Notes: generated by a model from the letters alone, not told the origin. A DNA stretch of 64,000 bases from an uncultured Verrucomicrobiae bacterium (GCA_963837955.1 CAWIPH010000001.1:96001-160000), one strand, 5' to 3'; shown: positions 30,617 to 40,775, numbered from the stretch's first letter. Translations and numbers: made by a program.

Positions 30617-30662
30617 AAGCGAGGAAGTGGACTTGGAGGGAGTCTCACTTCCTCGCTTCTTC
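30617..30662 (+). terminator. Strong leader hairpin (terminator/attenuator-like) before PII gene
   Basis: 13-bp perfect stem aagcgaggaagtg/cacttcctcgctt plus gact/agtc, followed by pyrimidines. Confidence 0.5.
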
Positions 30663-30688
30663 ACCAGCAGGCACGGTGACTCGCCAAA

Positions 30689-31018
30689 ATGAAAAAGATA
30701 GAGGCTATCATCAAGCCGTTTAAGTTGGAGGACGTAAAAAGCGCTTTGGCAGAGCTAGGAATCGAAGGAATGACCGTCAGCGAAGTCAAAGGCTTTCCGT
30801 TATCGGCCCAAGAAACTCGCGTGAATTTCGGAAGCCCTCGATTTTCACCGAAATTGAAAATTGAGTTGATTGTCAAAAACGAATTGCTCGTCCCCGCAAT
30901 TGCTGCAATAAAGCAGAGCGCTCGAACCGACCGAAAAGACGACGGGAAGATCTTCGTGAAAGATCTCGTCGAGGTAATTCGCATTAGAACTGAAGAGCGC
31001 GGAGAACGGGCAATTTGA
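30689..31018 (+). CDS. PII family nitrogen regulator, non-canonical
   Basis: MKKIEAIIKPFKLEDVK, DGKIFV, IRIRT; divergent T- and B-loops. Confidence 0.88.
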   Translation: MKKIEAIIKPFKLEDVKSALAELGIEGMTVSEVKGFPLSAQETRVNFGSPRFSPKLKIELIVKNELLVPAIAAIKQSARTDRKDDGKIFVKDLVEVIRIRTEERGERAI

Positions 31019-31076
31019 AAAGATTGCAGACCCGGCGTCTATACGAAAAAACTAGCTCATTGAATTGTAACCATCT

Positions 31077-32486
31077 ATGACCCCAGCCGAAGTAACCAAA
31101 TTCATCGAAAAACAGGGTGTTAAACTGATCGACTTCAAGTTTGCCGATTTGCTCGGTACCTGGCAGCACTTCACCACGACGTTAAACGAATACAGTGAAG
31201 ACATTTTCACAGACGGATTAGGGTTTGATGGTTCCAGTATCCGCGGGTGGAAAGTGATTAATGCGAGTGACATGTTGGTCATTCCGGATCCAGCTACCGC
31301 TTGGATTGATATTTTTAATGCGGAACCAACGCTCAGCTTCATCTGTACGATTAAGGATCCAATTACGCGCGAACCTTACGATCGCGACCCACGAGGTGTT
31401 GCTGAAAAGGCAGAGGCGTACCTGAAGAGCACGGGTATCGCAGATACTGCATTTTTTGGCCCCGAAGCGGAATTTTTCATCTTCGATGATGTCCGTTATG
31501 ATTACACATCCAACACCTCCTTCCACAGCGTAGATAGCGCGGAAGGTATCTGGAATAGTGCGCGGGAAGAGTTCCCGAACCTTGGGTACAAGATTCGGCA
31601 CAAAGAAGGCTATTTCCCGGTTTCGCCCACTGATACCTTACAGGACATCCGTAACGAGATGTGCTTGGAAATGGAAAAAGCCGGCATCCCGATCGAGCGG
31701 CAACACCACGAAGTTGGTACGGCCGGACAGGCCGAAATCGATATTCGCTTTGCTCCGCTGAAATTGATGGCCGACCACATGATGTATTACAAATACATCA
31801 CCAAGAACGTAGCGAAGAAGTACAACAAGGTCGTTACATTCATGCCGAAGCCTCTTTTCGGAGACAATGGCTCCGGAATGCATACTCACTCATCCCTTTG
31901 GAAAGGTGGAAAACCGCTTTTTGCAGGCGATAAGTATGCCGGGTTGAGCGAAATGGCCCTATTTTATATCGGCGGAATTCTTAAACATGCCCGGGCGCTC
32001 ACCGCTATTACCAACCCCACAACGAATAGCTATAAACGTCTGGTCCCTGGGTTCGAAGCGCCGGTCAATCTAGCCTATTCCGCACGGAACCGCTCGGCCG
32101 CGATTCGAATCCCGACCTATTCGCCCAGCCCCAAAGCTAAACGCGTCGAGTTCCGGACGCCGGACCCTGCAGCAAATCCGTACCTGGCCAATGCTGCACT
32201 GCTCCTCGCTGGACTGGATGGCATCCAAAATCGGATCGATCCGGGTGATCCGCTCGACAAGAACCTCTACGAATTGCCGCCCGAAGAACTGGCCAAAGTT
32301 CCCAGTGTGCCTGACTCGCTGGTCGGCGCGCTCGATGCTTTGAAGGCGGATCACGATTTTCTTCTCAAGGGAGACGTGTTCAATGAAGATTTCATTAGTA
32401 ATTGGATCGAGATGAAAATGAAAGAATACGACGCGTTGCGTTTGCGCCCGCATCCGTACGAATTTTTCATGTACTTCGATCTGTGA
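31077..32486 (+). CDS. glnA: Glutamine synthetase type I (beta)
   Basis: [41 protein letters not shown] adenylylation motif. Confidence 0.97.
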   Translation: MTPAEVTKFIEKQGVKLIDFKFADLLGTWQHFTTTLNEYSEDIFTDGLGFDGSSIRGWKVINASDMLVIPDPATAWIDIFNAEPTLSFICTIKDPITREPYDRDPRGVAEKAEAYLKSTGIADTAFFGPEAEFFIFDDVRYDYTSNTSFHSVDSAEGIWNSAREEFPNLGYKIRHKEGYFPVSPTDTLQDIRNEMCLEMEKAGIPIERQHHEVGTAGQAEIDIRFAPLKLMADHMMYYKYITKNVAKKYNKVVTFMPKPLFGDNGSGMHTHSSLWKGGKPLFAGDKYAGLSEMALFYIGGILKHARALTAITNPTTNSYKRLVPGFEAPVNLAYSARNRSAAIRIPTYSPSPKAKRVEFRTPDPAANPYLANAALLLAGLDGIQNRIDPGDPLDKNLYELPPEELAKVPSVPDSLVGALDALKADHDFLLKGDVFNEDFISNWIEMKMKEYDALRLRPHPYEFFMYFDL

Positions 32487-32504
32487 TTTTCGGATAGGAC
32501 TTCG

Positions 32505-32539
32505 AAAAAAGGCGCCTGCTTCCCGGGCGCCTTTTTTTT
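32505..32539 (+). terminator. Intrinsic (bidirectional-type) terminator after glnA
   Basis: aaaaaa-ggcgcctg-cttcc-cgggcgcc-tttttttt. Confidence 0.9.
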
Positions 32540-32754
32540 CGCTTAGGCATTCGCCGCCCCACGCTCGAGAGGACTTGCGGCCCGACGACGGCCGACCATA
32601 CAAAGCATACACGTGGCAACCTCCTCGAATTCGCGCATCTTTAGAAACTAGGGCGTGCCGTAGTCTGCCAGGCGGTCTGTCCGACTACCGTTCTCGGTTT
32701 ACTGTTTCCAGTATTGCTTCTGGCGACGACCTGTTTTATCCCCCCGGAGTAGCA

Positions 32755-33534
32755 GTGAAACTTCTCTTAACCGCCGATCTTCATTTTCATATTCCGTGGT
32801 TCGAGTGGCTGCGGGAAGTCGCCACACAGTATGATCTCGTGGCCATCGGCGGCGACCTTCTGGATCTCGAAAATCGACAAGGAATGGCCCGCCAATTGAT
32901 CTATCTTTATGAATGGACGCAGCACTTCGTAAAACGTCCCGCTTGCTTGGCGATCTGCACCGGGAATCATGATTTCCCCTCCGGCACTCCGTTAGTCTTT
33001 CCCGGAGTCCCGCTACCCAGTAATAAGCTGGCGATACTTCGTCAATTTGCTTCTGCTCAGCCCTGGCCCCAAGCGCTGAAACTAAATCATCACATTGCCG
33101 TCGACGGCGATGAAAAATTATTCCGGTTTCGCTCTGGCGAGAATTTGGCGGTTACTTGTTGTCCGTATCGTGCTGATGGGTATGTGGAACAGCTGCGCCC
33201 GCACGCTTCGCCATGGCTACTCTTGCACCACGAGCCGCCCGCTAACAGCTTGATCGCCAGTCCGAAGACCGGTAATCTGGCGTTTGCTCAGAGCATTTAC
33301 CGAAGCAAACCGACGTGGTCATTGAGCGGTCACGTACATTTCACCGTCGGCGACGAAAATTGTTTCTTTGAGCGGATCGGATCGACCGTCTGCTTCAATT
33401 GCCGCCAAAACCCGCCGGGTGGTCTGCTTCCGCCCCAACCTAATGTAATCACAATAGATACGAGGCGCCGAGCAGCGACCTGGAGACGGTGGATTACGCA
33501 GGGTGCAGACGAAGAAGTAACCGTCGACCTTTAA
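32755..33534 (+). CDS. Calcineurin-like metallophosphoesterase
   Basis: DLH, GGDLLD, GNHD, LHH, GHVH; start reassigned to GTG 32755. Confidence 0.82.
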   Translation: MKLLLTADLHFHIPWFEWLREVATQYDLVAIGGDLLDLENRQGMARQLIYLYEWTQHFVKRPACLAICTGNHDFPSGTPLVFPGVPLPSNKLAILRQFASAQPWPQALKLNHHIAVDGDEKLFRFRSGENLAVTCCPYRADGYVEQLRPHASPWLLLHHEPPANSLIASPKTGNLAFAQSIYRSKPTWSLSGHVHFTVGDENCFFERIGSTVCFNCRQNPPGGLLPPQPNVITIDTRRRAATWRRWITQGADEEVTVDL

Positions 33535-33658
33535 TCCGCGAATTCCGGGAGAACCGTGAAAATCGAAGAGAGGCAACCTGCGAACGCTAATTATTCTCCG
33601 CAGATTTTCGCGGATTTTAATCAGGTCCTACCAAGCGCACTCTAAAGAGAAGAGGAGC

Positions 33659-34300
33659 AATCCGCAGATTTTCACGGACTATTTTATTAATCCGCAGATT
33701 TCACAGATTACGCAGATTATTTTGTTTCAGCTCCTTGTGCCGAGTCATGTGACCAAATAAAGCGCCGATGTTCTAAACTCGTTGCTCCAAAATTGATCAA
33801 GAGTCCTCTTTCATGGGTACTCGCTTTTAGATAGTTGAGGACCTGAGCCCATTCGATCTCTCCCAGTTTGGTCAACGCCTTCAACTCCACGATGATTGAC
33901 TCGTAGCAAACAAAATCTGCTCGATACGGGGCCCTCAGTTTTCTGCCCTTGTAAAAATCGGCGTTTCGACTTGAGGCAGGAATGGAATACGACGATCGCT
34001 GAGTTCTAGTTCGAGAGCCTCTTGATAGACAGGTTCGAGAAAACCGCACCCGAGTTCTTTGTGAACCTCAAGCGCCGCTCCAATGATTTGATAAGTTTGG
34101 TTATCCATGGGATAGAAATAAATAACATAAATGTAAAGCGTTGTCTAGATACGCTTACCGTGATACCTCAACCATGGGAAACTAAACTTCCCTTGCCTAC
34201 AGCGAACGTCTGCTGAGCGCCTGTACCGTCTTGGATTTAAGAAATCTGCGTAATCTGTGAAATCTGCGGATTAATAAGTAGTCGGCGAAATCCGCGGACT
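33659..34300. mobile_element. Inverted-repeat-bounded GxxExxY cassette
   Basis: Perfect 35-bp IR 33684-33718 / 34243-34277, extending imperfectly to about 58 bp, enclosing one nuclease gene. Confidence 0.6.
33717..34108 (-). pseudogene. GxxExxY protein (PD-(D/E)XK nuclease fold), single-base frameshift
   Basis: [32 protein letters not shown] in one frame, [35 protein letters not shown] in another; span is 392 nt, break at T5 run 33953-33957. Confidence 0.88.
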
Positions 34301-35417
34301 ATTGCTTTCCCGTCGGCAGCCCCGCATACCCGGTTAGCTCCATATAGCCCACTCCTTGGACGGATTTCCCGGCTCGGGTGCCGTTCAGCCGGATTGCCCC
34401 TTCCCAATAGGTCACTGCCAGGTTCAGCTCTTGGTCAGGCACTGGTGTCGTGACAACGACATCGATCTGAAACTTAGGAACCCGCAACCGCCATCCAATC
34501 GGGTATCGCGCCTGGTTATGGTCGCTAGTCCAATATTCTGTTGGGTCCAGCACGAAATCATCCACTCCCAATTCGATTGCCGCGCCTGCGGGAGTCACCA
34601 ATTTCCCATTCGAATACCGATCGATCGCGCCATTCTTCAGCCGCATCTGGTAAAGCATGAGATCGGTTCCGTCGGAAAGCTGAAGCGAAAACCAATTCCA
34701 ACCAACTTGGTCTGCTGCCAGCTGGTTGGTCGCCCATTCACGATCGAACCAGGATTGGCCAGTCACTTCGTATGCTACTCCGCCAACCCGAAGCGTACCC
34801 TGGGTCCGCAAACGGGTGATTGAATAGTAATAGGAAGCGCGCCCGTCGCCGCCGGCCTTTTGGCTGAAACCATCTTTACCTTCCAGTACAGGTTGTTTGT
34901 CCGGCTCGAGATTGAGTTGAATGGATTGTTGCCCGTCCTCGGCCTCCGCATGAAAAGCGGAATCAAGATCGAGCTCCCAGTTAGAAATCCAGACCAATTT
35001 GGAGCCGGACAAAAATCCGGCATCATTGAAAGCTCCCCGACTGATCCGCTCTGAGGCGTAAAACTTCTTTGGGCCGATATCGGTAATCGTAAAATGCGCA
35101 AACTTCAGGTCATTCATGACGAAGCGGGATTTGACCGGCAGACGTTTGTTCGGCGAGCGGTAGCCGTGCCGAAAGAATGTGAGTTCGTATCCGAACTCGC
35201 GGCCTTCTTGAGACCTCAAGTTCCCCGTGAGATACCACCATTCGGTCTGGTAATCGATATGCGGTCCATGATCCCGGGGAAATTCCAGATGGTAACCTGG
35301 TTGGGCCAGCCGCCAACCATCCGCGTTAAACTCAGCTGCCCGGAGTGGAGCTGGCAGCGACAGGACAGAATAAACTGCGAGGTGTATCAAAAAATTCCGT
35401 GCTATCGATGGGATCAT
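34299..35417 (-). CDS. AttH/CrtC-like lipocalin-domain secreted hydrolase
   Basis: FPRDHGPH, TEWWY, SYYYS, WFDREW, GWNW, YWEG, GYMELTGY. Confidence 0.85.
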   Translation of the reverse strand: MIPSIARNFLIHLAVYSVLSLPAPLRAAEFNADGWRLAQPGYHLEFPRDHGPHIDYQTEWWYLTGNLRSQEGREFGYELTFFRHGYRSPNKRLPVKSRFVMNDLKFAHFTITDIGPKKFYASERISRGAFNDAGFLSGSKLVWISNWELDLDSAFHAEAEDGQQSIQLNLEPDKQPVLEGKDGFSQKAGGDGRASYYYSITRLRTQGTLRVGGVAYEVTGQSWFDREWATNQLAADQVGWNWFSLQLSDGTDLMLYQMRLKNGAIDRYSNGKLVTPAGAAIELGVDDFVLDPTEYWTSDHNQARYPIGWRLRVPKFQIDVVVTTPVPDQELNLAVTYWEGAIRLNGTRAGKSVQGVGYMELTGYAGLPTGKQ

Positions 35418-35423
35418 TTTCAG

Positions 35424-37940
35424 TTAAGTCCGGATAGCCTCGACGATAGCGACCCGGCCCGCGTGAATCGCCGGGAGCAAGCCGGCCAAGAGTGCGACAG
35501 GCAGGAGCACAAGCGGAACCGAGCCCAGCTGTTCCCACGAAATCTGCAGGGGTATCGTCCATCCAAAAAATGTTTTGTTGATCACTTCCGTAAGAACAAA
35601 GGCTAAAGCGCAGCCAGCGCTGATCCCGATTCCCACCGCCAACGCGCCGAGCAGGAAAGTCTCGGACAAGACCAGTGCGATGATTTGTCCGGTAGATGCG
35701 CCCAACGCTCGCAACACGGCCAACTCTCGTTCTCTCTCTTTCACTAGGACGATCAAATTCAAAGTAATACCGGCTACCGCGACTGTCATCGCTATCCCCC
35801 GGAGAAGATAAGTGATGGCAAAAGTTTGATCGAATATGCGTTCCACCGTGTCTTTCAATTCACGATTAGAATGAATCGCGTAAGCGTTGGCTCCGGTATA
35901 AGCGCTTCGAATTTCTTCGGCCGCCTGCTGTGGAGTTGTCCCGCTCTTGAGATAGGCCGCGACCGAATGAATACGCGGATCATGCCAATACTTCTCGAAA
36001 TTCGATCTCTGCATCAGGAGCAGACCGGCATCGCGAGTGTAATCGTAAAAAACCCCCGCGACCGTAAAGGTTTTTGGGCCTGCCGGCGTCGGTAGGATCA
36101 AGCTTTGGCCTTCTCGAAGATGGAATCGGTGAGCCAACGGCTCAGATGCGATAACGGTATCAGCCTCGTGCCATTTCCGAATCTTTTGCTCTTCTCCGTC
36201 GCCGACAAACTGCGGGCGGTTGCGGCCGGAGCCCTTAACGACACCGAGTGTGACCGGGTTCCCGTATAGCTCGGTTTGATAATCGCGGTACGTGTCCAAA
36301 GCGTCTACCTGCGGGAGTTGGGTCAGGAAGGCTAGGAGATCAGGCGAAACAAAACTCTGGAATCCAATGATCTCGTTCTCGGCTGGAGTAATGAAGACAT
36401 CCGCAACCAGCCGACGGTTAATCCAATGATCAACGGCTGAGCGAAGAGAAAAAATCATGATAGAAACGCTGACCAACATTGCGGCCGCAGATGCCAGAGC
36501 GGCGATCGTGATCGCGTTGCGAAAGAGCGATCGCACCAAGTTCTGCGCCGCGAGATGAAGCAAGTGCACATTACGGAAAAGTTTAGCCACAGTGCGGCCG
36601 AACCAATAAGTCGCAAACGGCGCTAGCAAACAAAATGCGACCAGAGTGCTTAAAGCGCACAGGAAAGCGGCAGGTCGGATACCGCCGCGCAGCGCGAGGG
36701 CGCCGCTGGCCAAAGCGACTATAGACGCCGCAGCACTCCAGCCGATCCAAGCGGATGAGGGTCGCTCGCTCCGCTCAATCAGGAGACCAAGGTTTAGCGC
36801 CCGTAGCGGCGGAACCGCCGCCGCGGATTGGGCGGGCACCCAGGCGCCCAAAAATGTCGCTGCTAGTCCGAGCAAAAAGACAACGATCACCTGGTCCCAA
36901 GGTACGTAGATGCGTTCAATACTGGTAAGAACGTACAGATTCGAGATCGTCGTCTCGACGACCCTGAGCAAAGCGTGAGCAATCAATAACCCAGCTCCGA
37001 TTCCGATCAGGGACCCAGTAAATCCGTAGAAGAGTGCTTCTCCAAGAAACAGCCATCTCACCTGACTAGGCAAAAATCCGATAGAGCGAAGAATCCCGAT
37101 TTCCCCTCGTCTGCGGACCACCGAGGCGGTGATGGTGTTGTACACGAGAAAAACTCCGACTAGAAGCGACACGAGGCTCAATGCAGTAAGATTTAGTTGG
37201 AATCCCGCCAACATCCTCTCAACCTGCGCAGTTCTTTCCGATGGTGGCTCGATCTCCACATCCGGAGGCACAATTTTGCCGATCGCAGATGCGACTGCTG
37301 CGGGATTCTTCGGGTCCCGAACCCGAAACAATACCGCGGACAAAGTACCTGTTTTTCCCAAAAGCTCTTGAGCCCAGCCGATGTCCATTGCGGCGAGATG
37401 AGAATCAGCGTTGTCAGCATCTAGAAGAAACGCGATGGTCAAATTCACTCTTTTTTCTCCCACCTCGACCTGGAGTGAATCGCCGATCCGTAAGGAGTGA
37501 GCACTAGCGAACGACTTAGTGATCGAGACAGCTTGCCCATCGCCAAACCACCGATCGGAGAGGTTCTCTTCTGATTTCCCAACCTTAAAGTTCTGGAATT
37601 CCGCGTTCGTCAATGGATCGACGCCCACGACATGCAAATATTCGCCTGGAAAATCAGGCAAGATTATCACGCCTTCTACCAATGGCGTTGCTGCTTGGAC
37701 GCCCTCAACCGCTTGTAGTTGGGGAAAGAGAGCATCATCGATTTCGCCTCTGGCCTCCAGGTGAGCGCGCCCTGCCACTACATCGACTCCGGCAGCAAAA
37801 GATTGTTCGGCGCTTCGATTGGTAACTTGAATAGCGAGATAGACTGCGACTCCGAGGGCGACACAGAGCACATCGACCACGGCCAGGAAACGGTGACGCA
37901 GGACATAACGAACGATGTGCTGCCAGCAAAACGTCCACAT
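35424..37940 (-). CDS. FtsX/MacB-like ABC permease (AttFG-like)
   Basis: Duplicated FtsX domains; RRGEIGILRSIG, RERELAVLRALG. Confidence 0.85.
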   Translation of the reverse strand: MWTFCWQHIVRYVLRHRFLAVVDVLCVALGVAVYLAIQVTNRSAEQSFAAGVDVVAGRAHLEARGEIDDALFPQLQAVEGVQAATPLVEGVIILPDFPGEYLHVVGVDPLTNAEFQNFKVGKSEENLSDRWFGDGQAVSITKSFASAHSLRIGDSLQVEVGEKRVNLTIAFLLDADNADSHLAAMDIGWAQELLGKTGTLSAVLFRVRDPKNPAAVASAIGKIVPPDVEIEPPSERTAQVERMLAGFQLNLTALSLVSLLVGVFLVYNTITASVVRRRGEIGILRSIGFLPSQVRWLFLGEALFYGFTGSLIGIGAGLLIAHALLRVVETTISNLYVLTSIERIYVPWDQVIVVFLLGLAATFLGAWVPAQSAAAVPPLRALNLGLLIERSERPSSAWIGWSAAASIVALASGALALRGGIRPAAFLCALSTLVAFCLLAPFATYWFGRTVAKLFRNVHLLHLAAQNLVRSLFRNAITIAALASAAAMLVSVSIMIFSLRSAVDHWINRRLVADVFITPAENEIIGFQSFVSPDLLAFLTQLPQVDALDTYRDYQTELYGNPVTLGVVKGSGRNRPQFVGDGEEQKIRKWHEADTVIASEPLAHRFHLREGQSLILPTPAGPKTFTVAGVFYDYTRDAGLLLMQRSNFEKYWHDPRIHSVAAYLKSGTTPQQAAEEIRSAYTGANAYAIHSNRELKDTVERIFDQTFAITYLLRGIAMTVAVAGITLNLIVLVKERERELAVLRALGASTGQIIALVLSETFLLGALAVGIGISAGCALAFVLTEVINKTFFGWTIPLQISWEQLGSVPLVLLPVALLAGLLPAIHAGRVAIVEAIRT

Positions 37941-37943
37941 CGA

Positions 37944-40688
37944 TTATCCGTTGTTAGTCGCAGCGTGCAAAAGCGCCGAGCGCAACTGACTAAGCGTCGT
38001 TTCGCCAGTCAGCTTCCTACCCTCGAAATCAGTTACGTAAAAACTGTCAAAAGCCGCTCCTTTCTCAGTCGCGACCCGGGAATGCGCTATATTCACACGC
38101 GCGCCAGAAAAACAGTAGAGGATGTCATAGAGCAATCCGAGGCGATCGGGAGTCTGTAAGTCAATTACTGTGTAGGTAGGATGCACTTCATTGGAGATCA
38201 CCAACTTGGTCGGGAAGTCCATTTCTGGCGGTAATAAGTAGTTAGCACGGGATCGGTTCTGAGTTAAGAGTGAAGAAAAATCGAACTCCGCTTTTTGCAG
38301 AGCCCGGCCAAGGATCTCCTCCACTGCTCTTTGGTCTCGCTCTTGGGTAACCGGCGCAAAGTTGACATCACAGACCCGGAAAATACCTAACATAAGGTTA
38401 TCGCTCCGGGTAAAGGCATCGGCGCTCAAAATATTGATCAAAGCACTCGCGAATGAGCCGGCTATCCTCGCCATCAAAGCGGCGCGATCCCAGGTACAGA
38501 TCCAGACCTCGCTGTGACCTTGGGCCGGTTTGCTGTGCCAGCGAACCGCGGGAGCAAGTGTTCCTCCGGAATCTCTATACCAGGTTTCCAGCCAACTTCG
38601 AAAAAGCCGGATGTGCCCAACAATTTCATTGACGTCATGGCTCGGAAAATAGCGCTCCGGCATTGATTGAAAATGTGTTTCGATCTCTTCCCCAAAATCG
38701 CGCGCTAACCGCTTGGAGACAGCTGCCTGGAGGTCAGCTCTCTCGATGCGTCGCTGCTTAAAGAATTCACTTTCGTCGCGGAGATAGCTAGAAGCTGCTT
38801 GGTAAAGCTGCCAAACGAGAGACTCCTTCCAATCTGACCAATTCTGAGCACTTGTACCTTGTCCGTCGGCCAAGGTTAATAACATAAGAGAATCCATATT
38901 CTCCTGCGTGTGAAGATTGCGGGCGAAAGCGGCGACAGTCGCCGGATCCTCGACGTTTCTTCGTTGAGCCATCTCCGAAAGGGTAAGATGATGGTCGACC
39001 AGAAGAATGAGTTTACTGCGACGCTCCGGCGAAAGTTGCAAACGCGCTGCGACTTTTTGAGCGTTCAGAGCACTGGCTTCGGCGTGATGCCTTGCTCCCG
39101 AGGCCTTTCCGGTGTCGTGCAACAGCAAGGCAAGGTAAAGAACGTAGGGATCGTCTAGCTTGCGAAAAAGCTCTTGATACTCAACAAGTTTCGGATCCTT
39201 GGTGTCGATCAGCTCGTCGAGCTTCTCGATGCACACCAATGTGTGCTCGTCCGCGGTGTATCGGTGAAAAAACTCATGTTGGACGAGGCAGGTCAACTCA
39301 CCAAATTCCGGAAGGTATCGCCCAAGAAAATCAACCTCGTGCATCATCCGCAAGATGCGACCCACCTGGCCTTTTCTGGAAAGGATGGCTTGAAAGGTCT
39401 CTCTAGCGGCACGTGCGTATTGAAAAGTGCGGTTCACCAGGCGAGTTCGCCGGCGGATCATCTGTTCAAGTTCCGGGCTAAGTTCTAGTTCTCGCTGCTG
39501 CGCATGCAGGAAGACCCGCATCAATCGAAACGGGTCTTTGTGAAAAATTTCTCGATCCTCGTAATAAATGAACTGCCCGTGACTGTAGAACCCATCGAAA
39601 TGCTCGGTCTTCAGTTTCCGCTTGGCCAAAAAGCCAAAAACTGGGCGCGCCTCTTTTTCCGGCTGTGCGGGCAGCAGAAAACGTTCCGTAATGCGCGTCG
39701 TAGTCAGGTAAATCGTTCGGGCATATTGGTAGTAGTCGCGCATAAACGCTTCGCTCCGTCGAAGGATACTTTTTTGAGGGTATCGAAACCGGTTCGCGAT
39801 TTGGCCCTGCAGAAACAGCGTCAGCACATCGGCAGGACGCTCGTTGATGTAATGAAGTTCTGTGCGAACGCGTTGCAAGAAGTCGTAGGCTCGATCGATT
39901 GCGCGGCGATCGCTCTCGGAAATGTACTTGCGCTCGACCAGCTTGGCCGTGCTCATAATGCCATCCCGAAAATAACAGATCCATTGCATGTTTTGGTAAT
40001 CGCGCAAACCGCCGCACCCGTTCTTCACATTAGGCTCCTGCATGAACACGGAACCTCCGTATTTCCGGTGCCGTTCTTCTTGATTTTCAAGTCGCCAACG
40101 CAAGTAGCTGCTCACTTGGCCGCGCACGCAATGGTCGAAAAACTCCCTCCGAAACTTTGAGTGGAGGCTGCGATTGCCAGCCAAATACCGTGATTCCAAC
40201 AGCGACGTTTTTGTCAGCACATCAGAATTAGCGAGCCGAATCGCTTCGCCAATCGATCTCGTCGCGTGCCCCACTTTGAAACCAACGTCCCACAGCATAT
40301 AGAGGATCTGCTCGATGACTTCGGTGACGTGAGAATCGAGCCGCCCCGAGTCATGCAGAAAAAGAATGTCAACGTCACTGTAAGGGTTAAGCTCGCCGCG
40401 TCCGTAACCGCCGATGGCTAATAGGGCAACGGGGGGAACCTTATTGGTGAATTCAGAGTGCTCCAGCGCACCCTCAAACAGGTGACGAAGCACGACGTCC
40501 AATAGGGTCGCGCGATCATGGACCACCTCTAACCCACTGGCACCGGAATAATGCTTCAATCGCAGCCGATGCTCTTCGAGCTTCAGGAATTTTTTGTAGA
40601 GATTGAGCTGTTCCCGGAGGCGCTCCTTGCCTTGCGAGACCAATTGTCTCTCGGCGTGAGCCAAAATCTTTTCCAGATGCTGCGACAT
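37944..40688 (-). CDS. glnD: [Protein-PII] uridylyltransferase/uridylyl-removing enzyme
   Basis: GGYGRGELNPYSDVD, EPNVKNGCGGLRD, HRYTADEH, LLHD, two ACT domains. Confidence 0.95.
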   Translation of the reverse strand: MSQHLEKILAHAERQLVSQGKERLREQLNLYKKFLKLEEHRLRLKHYSGASGLEVVHDRATLLDVVLRHLFEGALEHSEFTNKVPPVALLAIGGYGRGELNPYSDVDILFLHDSGRLDSHVTEVIEQILYMLWDVGFKVGHATRSIGEAIRLANSDVLTKTSLLESRYLAGNRSLHSKFRREFFDHCVRGQVSSYLRWRLENQEERHRKYGGSVFMQEPNVKNGCGGLRDYQNMQWICYFRDGIMSTAKLVERKYISESDRRAIDRAYDFLQRVRTELHYINERPADVLTLFLQGQIANRFRYPQKSILRRSEAFMRDYYQYARTIYLTTTRITERFLLPAQPEKEARPVFGFLAKRKLKTEHFDGFYSHGQFIYYEDREIFHKDPFRLMRVFLHAQQRELELSPELEQMIRRRTRLVNRTFQYARAARETFQAILSRKGQVGRILRMMHEVDFLGRYLPEFGELTCLVQHEFFHRYTADEHTLVCIEKLDELIDTKDPKLVEYQELFRKLDDPYVLYLALLLHDTGKASGARHHAEASALNAQKVAARLQLSPERRSKLILLVDHHLTLSEMAQRRNVEDPATVAAFARNLHTQENMDSLMLLTLADGQGTSAQNWSDWKESLVWQLYQAASSYLRDESEFFKQRRIERADLQAAVSKRLARDFGEEIETHFQSMPERYFPSHDVNEIVGHIRLFRSWLETWYRDSGGTLAPAVRWHSKPAQGHSEVWICTWDRAALMARIAGSFASALINILSADAFTRSDNLMLGIFRVCDVNFAPVTQERDQRAVEEILGRALQKAEFDFSSLLTQNRSRANYLLPPEMDFPTKLVISNEVHPTYTVIDLQTPDRLGLLYDILYCFSGARVNIAHSRVATEKGAAFDSFYVTDFEGRKLTGETTLSQLRSALLHAATNNG

Positions 40689-40775
40689 TACTTTGGGGAC
40701 TGACCTACCGATTTCATCGCCTTCAAGAATATACTGCTATTTTTGTTACCGACTGCGAAACCTTTTGGTCGCATG

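Noticed and set aside
33590..33720. CRISPR array
   Set aside because: Repeats are short, tandem and degenerate with no unique regular spacers; no cas genes.
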